From: Botryllus schlosseri
Taxonomy: Eukaryota
DNA: 64,000 bases
Reading direction: 5' to 3'
NCBI GenBank assembly: GCA_051294905.1
Contig: CM119372.1
Location: 16,494,001-16,558,000, forward strand
The number at the start of each line of letters is the position of its first letter. The stretch's first letter is position 1. Below, in pieces: positions 39,101 to 54,100 of this stretch. The position numbers were made by a program, and so were the translations under genes. Under the pieces are notes generated by a model. The model did not search any database and was not told the DNA's origin. It worked only from the letters and a program-made list of their open reading frames with translations.

Positions 39101-42100
39101 ACGACCAACACAGGCTTCCACGTTGGTAAAAATGTATCCAAATCAGAATTGTCGTTGATATAATTCAACTTGTAGTGTTAACTTAGTGCTCAAAGAAATT
39201 GTCTCTCACTAGGACGTAAATTAGGGTCACCCTATTTTGGAAATCTGAAAAGAGGACACTTTTTCAAAATTTTCAGACCTGCAACACTGAAGCAAAATCC
39301 TGAAAAATGGGTAAATTTTCCGCACTTCGTGGTCGGTTGACTAAAAAAAAAGACAGCTTTCTGGCTCAGCTCTCAAAATAGCCCTGGGAGCGTTACTTCA
39401 GTGCTGACTTACTGTATCTCAGTCAAATTTTGCCCTATATTTAACCAAAATTCTTAAAAAAGAGGACATTTGAGCGTCCTCTGAGGACACTTTCAAAAAA
39501 GGCAAAAAAGAGAACAAATTCTCTTAAAAGAGGACTTGTGGTAACCCTAACATAAATCGTTACTCTACAAAATAGGTCCGTAGTGTCAAGGAGCATGCTC
39601 AATTTGGATTAGAGTACTCGAATCCTCGTGCCCAAACCTAGTATTGAGGCCTTGGCGTACCTTCTCCCCAGACTAGGCGAAAGAGATGAGCTTTTTCAGC
39701 CGTTAGCCTCCCAAATAAACCGAGTATTTTTTAGTCATCAGTATTGCGATTTTTTTACATGTCAAAAAACGTCAAAATTAGGTCAAAATGGTAGCGTGAG
39801 GTCAAAAAATGTCATTTTTTTTACAAAGTCGAAATTTTTTGGCAACCTGTCTTTCGTTTGTATCATAGATTTTGCACTGTCGGTGAACTTATTATTTGAC
39901 ATTTTACAGCTTGCAGCCTTCTTTATAAGGCCACTTAAACTTTCAAATGAGACAAATAGGTTGACATGGATTATGCTCAACGTACCGCAATATCTAACTG
40001 ACGCAAGACTGCGTGGGCACTGCATGGTTCTTATATCAAGAAGCGCATGATGAAAAAATGTGATGTAGACATCATAGCCAGAATGAAGCAACACGGTTTG
40101 TCACCAGTGTTGTCAGCCAACAACTGCTCCTGTTGAACGTTCTTTCCCTACTCCTTGCAAGCTACTTAGTAAGGACAGACACTTTCTACCCGAGAATGTA
40201 GTAGGAAAGTATCTTTCGCTGTACAACAAAAACTTTCAATTATTTCTACCATAATGCGTAATGTAACTACTGGAATTCTTCATAGGGCAAGATTTCGTTA
40301 AAATAAAGTTTTTTCATGTAAAAATTTGTCAATTTTGAGTCAAAAAAGTTTTTTTTCAAGCCAAACTACTTCATAAGGACAGATAGTTCCATCCAGAAAT
40401 GAAGATAAGTAGTACAAGTAAGACATTATGTGAGAAAACACCCAATTTGCATATTTTTTAAGGTCAAAAAATGTCAAAATTTAGAGTTTTTAGGTCAGAA
40501 TCTTCCGTTTTTTAGGTAAAAAAAAACGCCCTAGTCATTAGTTTTCCAAATTTTGCAGACAGGTTTTCATTAGTTGTACATGAACAAAGAAAGGTTGAAA
40601 CCCCCGGCGCAGTCGGATTGAATTTTAAAAAAACTCCAGGCCCATAGCAAGTTAGCTATCCGTCGCAAGCAACATGAAATAACAAGTACTCTTCTTGCCA
40701 GATCGTTTTCGTCCGAGTCGAGAGAGTATTGGCTTTCCAGATCGATGTGCAGGTTCGGATTGTTTGACGTCAGCGTCTGCTTCAGCTTCTGCGAAACGGA
40801 AAATCGCGTATTCATAACTTTAAAATACTGACGCCAAGCGCATGTGGGTTCCCGTTCCAATTTCTCCAGCTATAGCTCCAATATGATATAAGTATGAAAT
40901 ATGTTGAAATTGACACATTTAAAACTAACTCAAAATCGGAAAATTTGAGATTACTCGGCACGACTCGTCGCTTTGCAATTTTGTGTGACCCTAGTGGCGA
41001 GATGGTGAGGTGGTATGATCCACAGCTGCAACAACAATGAGTTCCGGATCCGACTCCATAATTCCTTCCCAAGTGTTGGAGGGTTATTTATATGCTACAA
41101 GTCAGGAGCGACGGAATCAAAATAAAGAATATCGGCCTGGTGCAAATGACCATTGCAGTCGATAAACATCACACCATGCCACAAACACCACACTCGACAC
41201 GAGTTACTTTGAAAACTTCCGTAAATTGACTTGAAAAATTTTGAGATGACGGTCGCGAGTCACTTTGAAAATACGCGTGACTTGCCTTGTGAATGAACAC
41301 TGGACAGTTCCCGGAATGACTTGACTATAGTCCAAATTTGAGCTGTCTCAACGTTAGCGCAAGAATGCGTACCTGCTTCGCGTCCATGCTGCCTAAGGAA
41401 TTTTGATGAGGCAACGACTGCCGTTGATTTTGCATGTGCGACGGAGTCGGCACCGACCGAGACGACGTCAAAATCTGATGGTTGGCCATTCGACCGGAAG
41501 TGTCCGCGGCAAGCTGCGAGAAAGGCGGCAGGCTCTGTTGCACCGACATGTACGGGTATCCGTTGGCGTTTCCCGTGTGCATGCCCCTGAAACCCATGGT
41601 TTTTCGTTAATTAATCGATCGTATCGGAAATTATCTGCTGGTCGTTGAGGCAGCAGTACGGATAGGTAGATTCTTAGTGAATACTAGGGTTGTCCAAAAT
41701 TTGGCAAATCTCGAAAATGCTCAGTTGTAATGTCTCATTCTAAACAATAAGCCTGCAAGAAGCTCACAGGAAAATCGTCAAGATTTCGGACAAAGCTTTT
41801 GAAAGTAGCTGGCAAAGAGTGGGCGTGCCACCGACCATAGGCCGACGAGAAGACGAGTAATCACGAAACCACGGCTCTTGATTAGCTAATCGGCTATGCC
41901 TCGATGATCACGACAGCAGCAGCTTGCTGATTAGGTGTTCAAAGAGTCCGCTACCGGCGGTGATTCCGAAAGCGTATTGTAGGTAGGTTGGCAGATAATG
42001 ATTTAACATTAATTCGGGGCATGTTGAGTTATAAAACACACGATGAACGAACAACAGCTGCTTCACAAAAACTTCTAAAACATGACTACTTTATTGCGAA

Positions 42101-45100
42101 GAAAATCGTTGTAGCCTACATGCCTTGTTTTCATCAGGGGACAGCAGAGGCGCTTACGCAAATGGTGACCAAATTCATCATTTCAGAAGAGATCCATCAT
42201 CATTGAATACAAATATGCAACTAAACAATGACACTATACTTTGTGTGATCATATTGGGCTCAAGTTGTAGTATATAGTTGAAGTTTTGAATGCTCTAGGA
42301 AATTGCTGAATCAGCCGGTCATGCTTGGCACTTTTCAGATGCTTACAGCAAATTGAATGCACTTGTAAGTGTTGTCATAGCGTCTTTCATGCTCACTGTT
42401 GATTCCTATCAATAATCTATAGAATGAGACATTACAAGGGAGCATTCCTGAGACTTTCCAAATTTTGGACAGCTAAAGTGAATATGTAGTACATACTGAA
42501 TAAACTGCCATAATTTCACTATCAGCTTCAACTCTTTCCCACATGGGTTAGTAGAACGGCTCACTCTGGGTAATCTTATCTGATCTTCACATCAAGATGG
42601 ACCGACATAGTGATATTACATTCATATTTTGGTCAGTGAAAAGATTTTAGATTCAAAATACGAGTAATGATAACAATAGCAGGAGGCGTGAAACAAAACT
42701 AGTATCAGTGGCACTGTAGGCCCAAATCAACGTCCGCAAAACTCGCTGTTGTACCGGGCCTTGAAAAGGACGGAAACCGTCAATTATTGAGCCACAGCTT
42801 GACGCACTGCTGAATAAAGTGAGTGAAAAGCTACACATGCTGCACTCAATATGTAAAAAAATTTCGATGTAGTCCGCAGAAGAGTCAACTATCGTTGTCG
42901 TAATCAGGTGACAGTCCGAGGCAGGCCGATGGCTATGAAAGTCCATAGGTCGCGACCGACTCATATGAGTGTGGCATCAGTCAGTTACAGCGAAAATTCC
43001 GTTTATCAATAAAAAATCTCCCATTGATGAAACACAAACATATCCTTTGCACACCATAAGGTTAATCGGCTTTGCGTGTTATACGTGGTTTATCTCCCTA
43101 TCTCCAGGTGACTCACCATTCAATAATGCATCGACGACACAAAGCCTAAAGGTAATACAAATACGCAATTTGCACAGCCGAAAGCTGGCAAGACCAACTC
43201 ACATATTGACGTTGATCTGACCGGTGGATGAGTGGGCCGGAACCTGCGTTATCACTGACGTCTCCCCGTGGAAGCTGGGCTTTCTTTCCAGGTTTGCAGA
43301 ATCAGGATGATCCAGCGAACCGGACTGTGATCGAGAAGAAAAATTTGACGGAGTCATTCCGAGAGCCATATTTGTTAGGTTCAAAACCAACCACTAGGCC
43401 TACTATACTATCCTTGCACTTCATTCTCAAGTGTGTAGACGACGACTTACTCTACTGAATAGTATTTTAGTAAAGACATGCTAAAAACTGGGCAACGGAA
43501 CCATTAGGTTTAAACAAGAGACGAAATAATCTACACACAAGCCTGCAACATAAACCGTTCGAACCTGGGACAGGGGTCTCCTTTGCTCCATGTTTTGTTG
43601 AACGTGCTGCTGGATCACCGACGCAGATCCCCCCGGCGCAGACGGCATGTTTTGACCGACGGGCATTGCGCGGCACGTAGGCGGAGTAGGATTGTTGTTG
43701 ACCGGCACAGACACGTTTTGAGTAGGGAAAGGCGGCCTGAAAACGTTACAAACGTTGTTATTTTTTATTACACTTTTCGGGTGATTATTAACGTAATCTT
43801 ACTATTATCATTACACCAGTGAATAGACTTTCCGCAAATATGTTTGAAGAATCAATTTTTCAGATACGATAGGTCAAACATCCTCTTTCTAAGGCTGATA
43901 TCGAAATTCAGTGAGGAGCCGTCAAAACAAATCATACATCAAATAAACCGCTGTATATTGACCGATCAAAAACTTTAACGCAGAATTTTGGATGCAATAT
44001 CATCCGATTTTAGTGTTTGGTACACAAGCGGTCGTCGAATTTGATGATTCCTTGTCGCACCAAAATTGCGTTTCAAGCTTATAATTGAGGCAGGAAGCAT
44101 TTTAATTAAACAGTTTGAAATCACTGAGAAAATGTGGAAGCTAACAACTTTTCTACAGCCTCGCCTTGGGAGGGCACTCGAACACCGAACTCCGATTGAT
44201 AGACGGCTCCAAAGATAAGTTGGCATTGGAAGAGTGGTTCTTAACTTGGAGAACCCTTACGCCAATCTGAAAGCCTCTATCCGCGAAATTCTACCTCATT
44301 AACATCTAATCAACTGTGCATCAACAACAGTGTCAAAATAACAAAACCATTAAAACATGATGACTTCTGCTGTATGAGTCGGGTGTGTGGTTGTTTGTGG
44401 TATTCATGGTGTCTGTCGCCTACTATGGTCATTAACACCAGACCAATTTTCTTAATTTCTATTTCATATTACAACTACGCTATCTCGCCCGACTCGGGTG
44501 ACCGTATGTCTTGACCTTCAGCGAGCCCGTGAGACTGGGTCAGTGAATTCCCCTTCGAAACCCCATTAACAACCACCGCAGTAGACGAAACAGATATTAA
44601 ATCCTACTCACGCAACGGAGCTGGGAAGGTCCGTTATTGAAGAGGTCCTGGACGCTGTCAAGTGCGACTGCGACGTCAGAATGTGCGACTGAGACGGCGC
44701 GGCCATGCTCTCCGATTGGCTGTTGATGCTGGTCATGGTGGCAGTGCTCGCAGATGCTGCGTGGATGAACGCCTGCGCCAGCGCAGCATGCTGTGCTTCT
44801 ACAACTGCCTGCACGCTTGGGTAGAGTCCGGCTAAAAAAACGACGAAAATTACGTGCCGGTTCTGCGCTTGTAATCAAATGCGATGCGAGTAAGTTGAGG
44901 TAAATCAAGAATTAGTTTATTGCAGTGGGCTAGAAGTTAATCACCTCTTCGCTCACAGCTTCTCATTCAATTAAACGACCAGTTTCAAACTTCCCGTTAC
45001 AACACGGGCTCCCAGATTTTCAAACGAAATCTTGTGAATCTGTCGGGTACTCCAGACTTGATGTACACTAGCACACAGACAGACACTTTCAAGAGACCTG

Positions 45101-48100
45101 ACTATTTTTGAAACGCAATGCTGCCTATCGGTGATGGAGCTTGACAAATCACATTCAACAAAAATGAATTCATTCAAATTGCGGGTCCCCCTCACCCCAA
45201 TAGCATCAAAAATTAAGATAGGGCGGTCACAAAACAAAGCCTTATTAACAACCGTGCGTACTATCATGCGCGAAGCCAGCCGAGAAAAAAGAGGGGGCTT
45301 GAAAAAAGGCAAAGGTTTGGATTTTTTGAAATATACCAATATAGCATCAATTCATTAGGGTTAACTGGGTCAAGTAGGCATGTGGAAATGTTGATTATAG
45401 AAGCTTCTCGTGTCGACGAACTTACGCGTACGGCAAGTTTACCAGCGAGTCCGGCAATGCCGACAATTAGCGAGAGGCCTATTGCAGATGCGATTGTTCA
45501 GGCCAGCTTCTCGCCAATCGACAGCACGCATCACTGCTACTACGAATTACTGATTAGCAACTGAATATTGGAGATACAAGGGGGATTTTAAAAGGACATT
45601 TCTTGATACCAGAGTCAACGTCCCAATTAATCAAGGCAGCACATCCTGAAAAATCTCCTCGCATGTCACAGTTTCGTTTCCGAGAAATTTCACGAAACCG
45701 AGATCGCGAAATATGCAATTGCTGTACTAATTAGCAACTGAAAACTCATTAATCAAGATACACTGAGAAAATGAGCTCAATCGATTCTGTATACCAAAGA
45801 AACTTTAGAGTAAGCTCAACCTGGTCAGGCCAGATTTTTTAAATTTGATTCGAAAAACAAGACCATTGATTCAGCACACTAAACTGATTCGAAAACTTGA
45901 ACACCGCGCAAATAACCTGACATTAGTGTCCAGACAACGTAGGCAGAAGTCTAAAAGTACAAGATGATCAGCGGAGCAAACTTCAATACCTGTGTGATAC
46001 ATGGCTGCTTCTCCCGAGTGACTAAATACATTTGAATGGCACGAAGACTGGTGTATACCAAACAGGATGTCATGGATCAATATGCATTTCCCTCAAAACC
46101 CAAAACAAGTTGCCTAACTCTAAACTTATAGAAAATAGTCAACACATACAGGTCGTGCAGCACGGTGCACAGATACGAAAAACCTAATGTGATAGAGCGG
46201 CGGTACGGGAGTGTTTCATATCGAAACCGTCTCTAATTGTCCGATATCAGAAATGGGAAGTTTGGTATCCTTACTGGTCAGTAAATGCCGCTAATCACAT
46301 GCACATATGCAGTAACGTTGGTAGCAATAGAATTGATAATGTTGGCCAGAAAATCGCAAATTTAGGATGAATATCATATGAAGCGATTTGAATTTGTAAT
46401 TGAGCTAGTTTTAGGTAATATGTTCTTAAATCTAGTTCACATGAAAATTGCCCTAGCTAGTTTTGATACTTCACAAAGAACCGAGCAAACCCAGTTTACT
46501 TATATGCGGTGTTAGTCTACTAATACGGTGTTAGTCTACTAATACATCGCAGATCAATAGACTACATTGTGGTGGTCATTCGAGCTGAACAACGCAATGC
46601 AAAATTTCATTTCGTGCAATCTTTTAATCCTTGACATCCAATCCATTGTTTGAAGGCTAGGATAAGTGGCTGCGCATATGACTAGGGAAACAACAAACAA
46701 ATGACTGTATTAGGAAATATGAGAGGAGAATCTATCTTAAGCGGATTTTAAATAATGCTTGATACATTATCTCAAGAATAACATCGACGATATCTTTATT
46801 CATCAAGGAATTCATAAACTTTATCTTCGGGCAGAGTTGAAATAGAAATATGACCGACTGTTTCAAGTGTGTAGCTTACGTAATAATTCCGCTATAAACA
46901 TGATATTATTGAAGTGTATTTAGTGCCATGTCTTATTTCACTATTTCAGAAAAAAATTAGATCACACAGACGCATAACGGCCCATCAAAGCCGACAAAAC
47001 GGAAGTCTCAAGCATACCGGGCAGAAATCTAGCCTCTAGGCACATACCGCTCCACTGATATTTGGATATTCCATTGAACATGGGATTAGCGTAGAGCAGT
47101 AAGTAGGATAAGGATTTGGTTGGATGGCGAGTAGGAGAAAGTCATCGGATAGGAGAGAGTGTACCTATCGCCATTCATACGGAATGAAATCCAACACCAA
47201 GTGAACAAGATTTGATTTAGGAACGCCAAAGAATGTGCCGTTAAAAATAAGTGTGCGAAAGCTCGATTCAGACGCTAACGTGTGAAGGATATATTTACAC
47301 GAGATGAGCTTGACATATAACTCAATGTTCAAAATATGCCAAAAAGCAGCACCTCCCTGCTTCATATTACTGCAGTGATCTATTCAACAAAATCACTCGA
47401 AACCTTGAAACCATATAAGCTTTGAAAGTCGATATGATTCACAGCACATACATTTTCCATCATACCTCAATGACTAAAATAAACAAATCCAGACCAAAAC
47501 CACAACGTATAGTGTGACCAAACTATTGAGAGTATTCAAGGACTAACACTGAAATCATAAAACGGAGCCATGGCATAGTAAACTTGTAGTCATTCCACTA
47601 GGGTAAAACATTGGCAATTGCCAAATAGTTTACTGCACGGCAATCAAAAAGCCTAATTTGCCTATACGTCCCAAAGGACAAAGAACGATACCATATCTAG
47701 CAAGAACACGGTGATCAATTCATGAATTGCGCAAAGTGCAATCGATCACATCCGTAGCGCTGAAACTTTCATTCCACTTTCAATGGCCTTGAAAGAGAAA
47801 CGTGTCAGCATCAAAATAGATGACGTAACTTAAACCATAGTGATATGAGTCTGTGACAATGGGGATTTTCCAATGACAAGTACTTGATGAGGAAAAACGT
47901 CACAACTGCTAGCGTTAATACACTATCTCGCAAGACAAACAAGCAATGACAAGGCACAGGAAAACCAGGGATGGGCAGTGTAGACTGCCAACTTCCATCT
48001 TGAATTCATAAAACACCAAAACGTAGCTGTCATACTAAGTTTGCAATCACAATATGCAGCTGGAAAGAATGAATTCAAACCACCATTACTTTACTCACAC

Positions 48101-51100
48101 TCACAAAATCATTGGAATATCCCATTGAAGGTTGAAATTAATAAAGCACCTATCACATGTTATGCATACACGAACATGGAAATAGAATGTCACACAACAT
48201 CAGAATTTTTGAATTTAACAAACGTCAGTGTGTGACATTTGAGTTCCGAGTTCTTATAAAGCACTGCCCTTTCGGTCATTCTATCGGCATCAAACTTAGA
48301 ATAGAACTGTGCGTGAAGATGAGAAAAACTTCAGTAGGCTACCGTTGAATATTGAGGTGAATCGCAGATTAACCTACGGAGCGTATAGCCTTGACCCAGC
48401 ATGACATGCTTCGTTACCATACTTCTATTGGAATGCACAGAGAATTAGTCAACAACATTTTCACCATAGAAACTAGTGGAACAGATAAAAATTGCACCGC
48501 CCAACACATCACTTCGTGAGAATTGAAGGAAATCAACTTAACCACAGATGCTAATACTCACGAGCTGAAAATGGAACTATCGAGGGACTGATCAAAGTCG
48601 CTGGACTGAATCCTTGCGGCGACGGTAAAGGGGGTAGAAAAAATTGGCTTCCTGGAATTATCGGCGAAGGTAGGGTCGGCGTCAACGTAATAACATGTAC
48701 CGGTTGCTGTATAGAACGAAATGTGCTTTTACCAGGAATGGACGAGCAACACAATAAAATCTTTACCGCGACTGGCTGTCCGGACTGCGACGCGAACGGG
48801 AGGCTGGTCGGTGTCCTGGATTTGTTGCCGTCGATAATCAAGCCCGGCACAGCGGATCGGCGTGCTTTCTGTTGAAAATAACATTGCCATCCAGTCAAAA
48901 CCATTTCGGTTAGGATTGAGTAATCCACCGAGCACTGATGAATAATTCAATCGTCTTTTCAACCGGAAAGCGCATGTCCTCTAAAGTCAAGATTTCACAG
49001 GTGGAAACCACTTACGATCATGCACGATTTTGTATGTATACCTTTGGTGTAGGTTGAGAAGTCTCAATCCTAACGAGGCGTATCATGAATTCGAACAATA
49101 AACACTCGAATATAATTTACTTATTTACTTAAATCAGTATATTGGACAAATTTGAATTACCATGCCGCACGTAAAGTCTTCCAACCTCACCTCTCTCATG
49201 CTGGAAGCTGTCCTTTTGAACTCGGAATCGAAGGGATTGCTTATTTCTTCGAATAAACCAGATTCTTTGCCGTACTGAAGGAATTTTGTCGGGGTTGGAG
49301 TTTGGTCTGTGAGAATGATACGCGGTAATCACTTGCCTGCTGCCTATACTGACGGATATTTTGTTCCGCAATAGGCCTTGTGGAACAGCCAGTAAACATC
49401 GCATGAAAATCGCAAGGATTTCAGTCAATACTCTTGTATGTAATGGAAAATACATGGGCTACTCACAGAAAGACAGATTTGAAATGAAGGCGGGGCAAAA
49501 TCAAGTACGTTGGTGATTCGATTCAGAATCGAGTACTATGTGCCCTATTCTAGTATCACTCATAATGATGTCCCAATGGTGTGGATGACTGGTAAGTTCA
49601 AATAGGTATCTCTTATGCCACCAAAAAAAATATCGGCAGTTGTCGATCATATAAAAGGTGATGGAGCTATTCATAACCTATCACTTCATGGCTATTTCGC
49701 AGAAATGTCGTTTCCAGCAACGTGCATATCTAGGTGGTACATGTTTTGGACGCTGTGACATGACGAATCACGCTTCCACGGCCGTAAATAAGAGGCTACG
49801 TCTCAAATTCTGATATTTTGAGAGATCTGTTCCCTTCTTCAATTATGGCTTATTGTCATTTTGCATTGCTTGACCAGGACAGGCATAGTGGATCACTAGT
49901 AGTCGCCAGGCTTTGCACTAGCTATGGCCTACTGATGCTTGGTGACGTTTCTTTAACGGTAACAACCCGTGCGTATCATAAAAGTACCGTACGATTGGGG
50001 TTGTTACCCACTTGCTTGCAATAAACTTATAGACTCAATTAGACTGTCTAGATCAGTGGTTCTCAAACAATTTTAGACACGCCCCCCTTTATGATAGTGA
50101 AAAATTTCACGCCCCCTAATCGTCATATCACAAAATGCAACCAGAAAGCTAGCAATCTCAAGGGATAGTTTGATGGCATAGAGATAATAACGGATGAAGA
50201 GAGAATTCTCATATATGAAATTTGAAGAGCTTCTTGAAGGTATAAAACTTCAATTACAATTGAATAGTATATTCGTATTGAAATGCATCACGATTGTTGA
50301 TATTTAGGCCTATACAACGTTCTTTCAAATTCTCCACTAGTTGCTGACGATTACCCCTGGCGAGTGTCAGTCGAAAATATTCGGGTTCCATTTTATAAGA
50401 CCGCAGCTTCACGACCCCCTTCAGATGCTTTCACGCCCCCCAGTTTGAGAACCACTGGCTTAGATGGAGCATTGTGTGGCATCTATTAGTAGGGTTTAAA
50501 TTTTATGATTCTCTTTGATAATAATTGAACTCTTAGTGGCTGGAGGTATAAAATATTTATAGATAATATTCGATCCGGATTCGAGTACTCGAATTGTTGG
50601 GTCCAGCCCTATTTAACAGTAACAATACCAACATCATGTTCGAAAGGCAGAATATCCCAGCAGGAATGAAAGGGATGACAATTAGCCGAAGGCAAACCAA
50701 TAATCACAACACAGTAATTTGAGATCCATTCAAGACATCACAATAGGGCGGTTCAAAAATAACCTTTTTTCCTTAATCTTGCGGGCTACGTGATTAAATT
50801 GTTAGGTTGCCTTAAAAAACGACGCATACCAAATTTGAATTCATTCCAACCAATATTCGCGGTTTACGTAGAGTTTGAAAATTTTGAATTTGCCCAGAAA
50901 CGCAAAAAAAAAAAATTTTCAAATTTTTCTGCCAACCCCATGAAATTGTTCGGCTGTCTTCAAAGACTATGCAAAACAAATTTTACTCAATTCCAAGCCG
51001 TAGAAGCGGAGTTATTCCAGTTTTTCGATGAAAATTATTGAATTATCCACCGATCAAGGATAATCCCAGAATTATCAAAGAAAAACTGATATAACTCCAC

Positions 51101-54100
51101 TTCTACGGCTTGGAATTGAGTCAAATTTGTTTTGCATAGTTTTTGAAGACAGCCCAACATTTTCATGGGGTTGGCAGAAAAATTTGAAAAAAAAAATTTT
51201 TTGCGTTTCTGGGCAAATTCAAAATTTTCAAACTCTACGTAAACCGCGAATATTGGTTGGAATGAATTCAAATTTGGTGTGCGTCGTTTTTTAAGGCAAC
51301 CTAACGATTTAATCACGTAGCCCGCAAGATTAAGGAAAAAAGGTTATTTTTGAACCGCCCTACATCACAATTTTTAAAGATGGTTTATTGTGCCACTAGC
51401 AATAGTAGCTGTAATGATAATCACCGCATCAACCAACTGGAAAATACAGTGCAATGTTGAAATCAATAATCTCATATTAATTACTCTGAAAAACACGAAT
51501 TTGGTCACCATGGTAATGTCTCCTTGATTCTAAGCCTAACAATCGCCTACTTACCAAAGGGTAACATATCGGAGAGTCCAGTACGAGCTGGTCCTAGTTT
51601 CAAAGTCATCTGATGTTTTTGTTTATGAACGGCCAATTCCCCGGCGCTGTTGAACGTCTAGAAATTTCAGACAGCTGATGAACGAAGTCCACTAATTCGA
51701 ATATAGGCAAAATGAAAATATATACACCACCCTACTATGCAACAGTATTCCGATTTACTTTTAGCTGGTTGCAGTGGCTGTATGTCGACAAACGACAATG
51801 AAATGAGTCTTCAAAATATTAGAATAAAATTATTGAATGCACATGACATAGGCTACTACCGATCATACACAGTGAACTGTAATTAAATCAGAGTCGGCAA
51901 GAGCCTAGAATGTTGCACAAAGGTTACTTTTTCTTCAAGCACTTTACACCATACTAGTGTGGAGTACTATAATGATACGTCTTCAAGTAATAGTATTTAA
52001 AAAGGGTGCATGGTACATAGCTCATCTATACCCTCCCTCCAGGGTAGACACCGTATCATACTGGGTCACAACTAGAAGAGATTACTGAAACCTTTTACAG
52101 GTAATCAACTACTATGCAACTCTCTAATGTATTCGTAATTTTTCATTGGGGAATATTCCACAGAGTTTCTGCGCTCATGCACCCAAAACCAGTCTGTAGC
52201 CTATTTGATTTTCACTGCCTGCTTGGGATGAATCATTGGCTTTATCAGGCAATTATATGTTATGTTGTGTGCATGTCACCCCGTATTCTGAAAAATGGAC
52301 AGGTTAGGGCTATATTGGATCTCCCGCAGGCTGCAGCGCCACTACTGTGCAATAGGGTTGTTCAAAATTTGCAAATAGCTTGGAATACTGCGGATCCATG
52401 GCTTATTCTGTAGATTATTGTTAATAAACAATAATGGGCCTGAAAGAAACTCGCAGGAAAGTCGGTAAGATTTGCCTAAATGCGTATGAAAGTCGTTGTT
52501 GAAGACTGGGCGGGCCACCGACAGCAGAGTTGCGAAAAGGCGGACAATCACGAAAGCACGTTCTTGATTGGGTAATCGGCTAAGCTTCAATGATTACTGG
52601 AACAGCTGACTCGGATTCGGGTGCTTCGCTTTACTAAATTAAAAGTCGGTTTTGCTGAGGTCAAGTCTGTTAGTACTTAGTAACTGCTGTGGTTCTGTAA
52701 TCTGTACAAGCGGATCTGGGTGGATGAGTCATCAGTAGTACTGTAACACGTGTTCTCTGAATGCTTCAGAGTTGATAGCAGTAGTTTATGATTTGGAGCA
52801 ACAATATTGCGCGGTCATGGCAGAGGCAAAACGGCGAAAGAATGTACACATGGCGCAGCGAAGAACAAGATCTAAATCTGAGCAGTACTTGGTCGGATAT
52901 ACTTGCGATTGCATCTGTGGCTCGAGATTACCTACTATACGAGAAGTAATGAGTTACTTTCTGCATCTGAAAGAGCATTGTCCTCAGTCAATCCCTACTC
53001 ATGAACTGTGTAATGTGGTGTTGGATGATGTAATGACAGTTTGGAAAATGGCGAGAATTGCAACCATGCAGAAATCACTTGTGGTGCCATCACTTCAAAA
53101 CCTGCACAAAAGATGGCGTGATCACATGGTATGCCCACCTCAAGAATAGCTTGAGCGGTCTTGACAGAAAACAGCAATTCAAGACTCTTATGACTATTCC
53201 TATATGGTTTGAAGAACGAGCAGCAACGGCAGTTGATAACTTCAAGCTACTATACTGACCAGAAAAGATTTCTTTACAAGGATGACTACAGACAATGTGC
53301 GACTAATGCTCTTGCCCTTCTCGGTGCAGGTGAAGATATACATCATCACAAACCCTGCAAGATGGATGGGCACAATTCTGTATGCTCAGAAGATGTTAAT
53401 GTGGGCTTATCAGTTACATTACAAATCTGAAGAAGTGGAACTGATGCATCGCTCCAATTTATTTTTAGCTCTCTTTTATATCCCTGCATGGGTTGATTCT
53501 AGCATCGGTCGTGATGCAGCCGGTAATGGCTTGAGATTCATTCAGGACATGTTGAGTTACAAGTTCCCAAAGCTGCTTCACAAAAGCTTTTAAAGCATGA
53601 CTGGTATATCGTGGAGGGAACCGCTGTATATGCCTTGGTTTTGCCAAGTGAAAGCAATGAATCTCGAGAAAATATGGCAAAGACGCTCCTGCAGGCAGAG
53701 CCAACTTCAAAGTTTCAGATAGGGGCCCGCCTTCGTTAAATGCAACTGCACAGATTAACAAGGACACTACTTTGTCTGATTTTATTAGGCCACAGACGTG
53801 GTACATATTTGATGTTTTTCAATGCTCTGGGGTGTGGCTAACTCGACCGGTTGATGTTTGGCACTTATCAGATTCCTACACCAGAATGAGCTCCTACATC
53901 AGTTCTGTCAAAGTCGCTTATGATGCCATAGAACGAGGTGTAAAGCTAAGCACAGACTATGCTGCAATCTTGACTGACAATGAACAACAAAGAGACAGTC
54001 CGCTTCAAGCTGTGGAACAGCATAGGAAGACAGTTGGAGACAGCAGGAAGTCAACTCTAATCAAAAGCCTGTAATCTGCAACTTGTGCCTGACAATGCAA

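Noticed and set aside
45425..45537. Exon-like segment in the ATF intron
   Set aside because: Stop in the required phase; shares sequence with the repeat near 23400, so transposon-derived.
46507..46544. 19-bp tandem duplication CGGTGTTAGTCTACTAATA
   Set aside because: Isolated intronic slippage with no further structure.
50790..51316. Two similar ORFs on opposite strands
   Set aside because: Artifact of the palindromic MITE arms.
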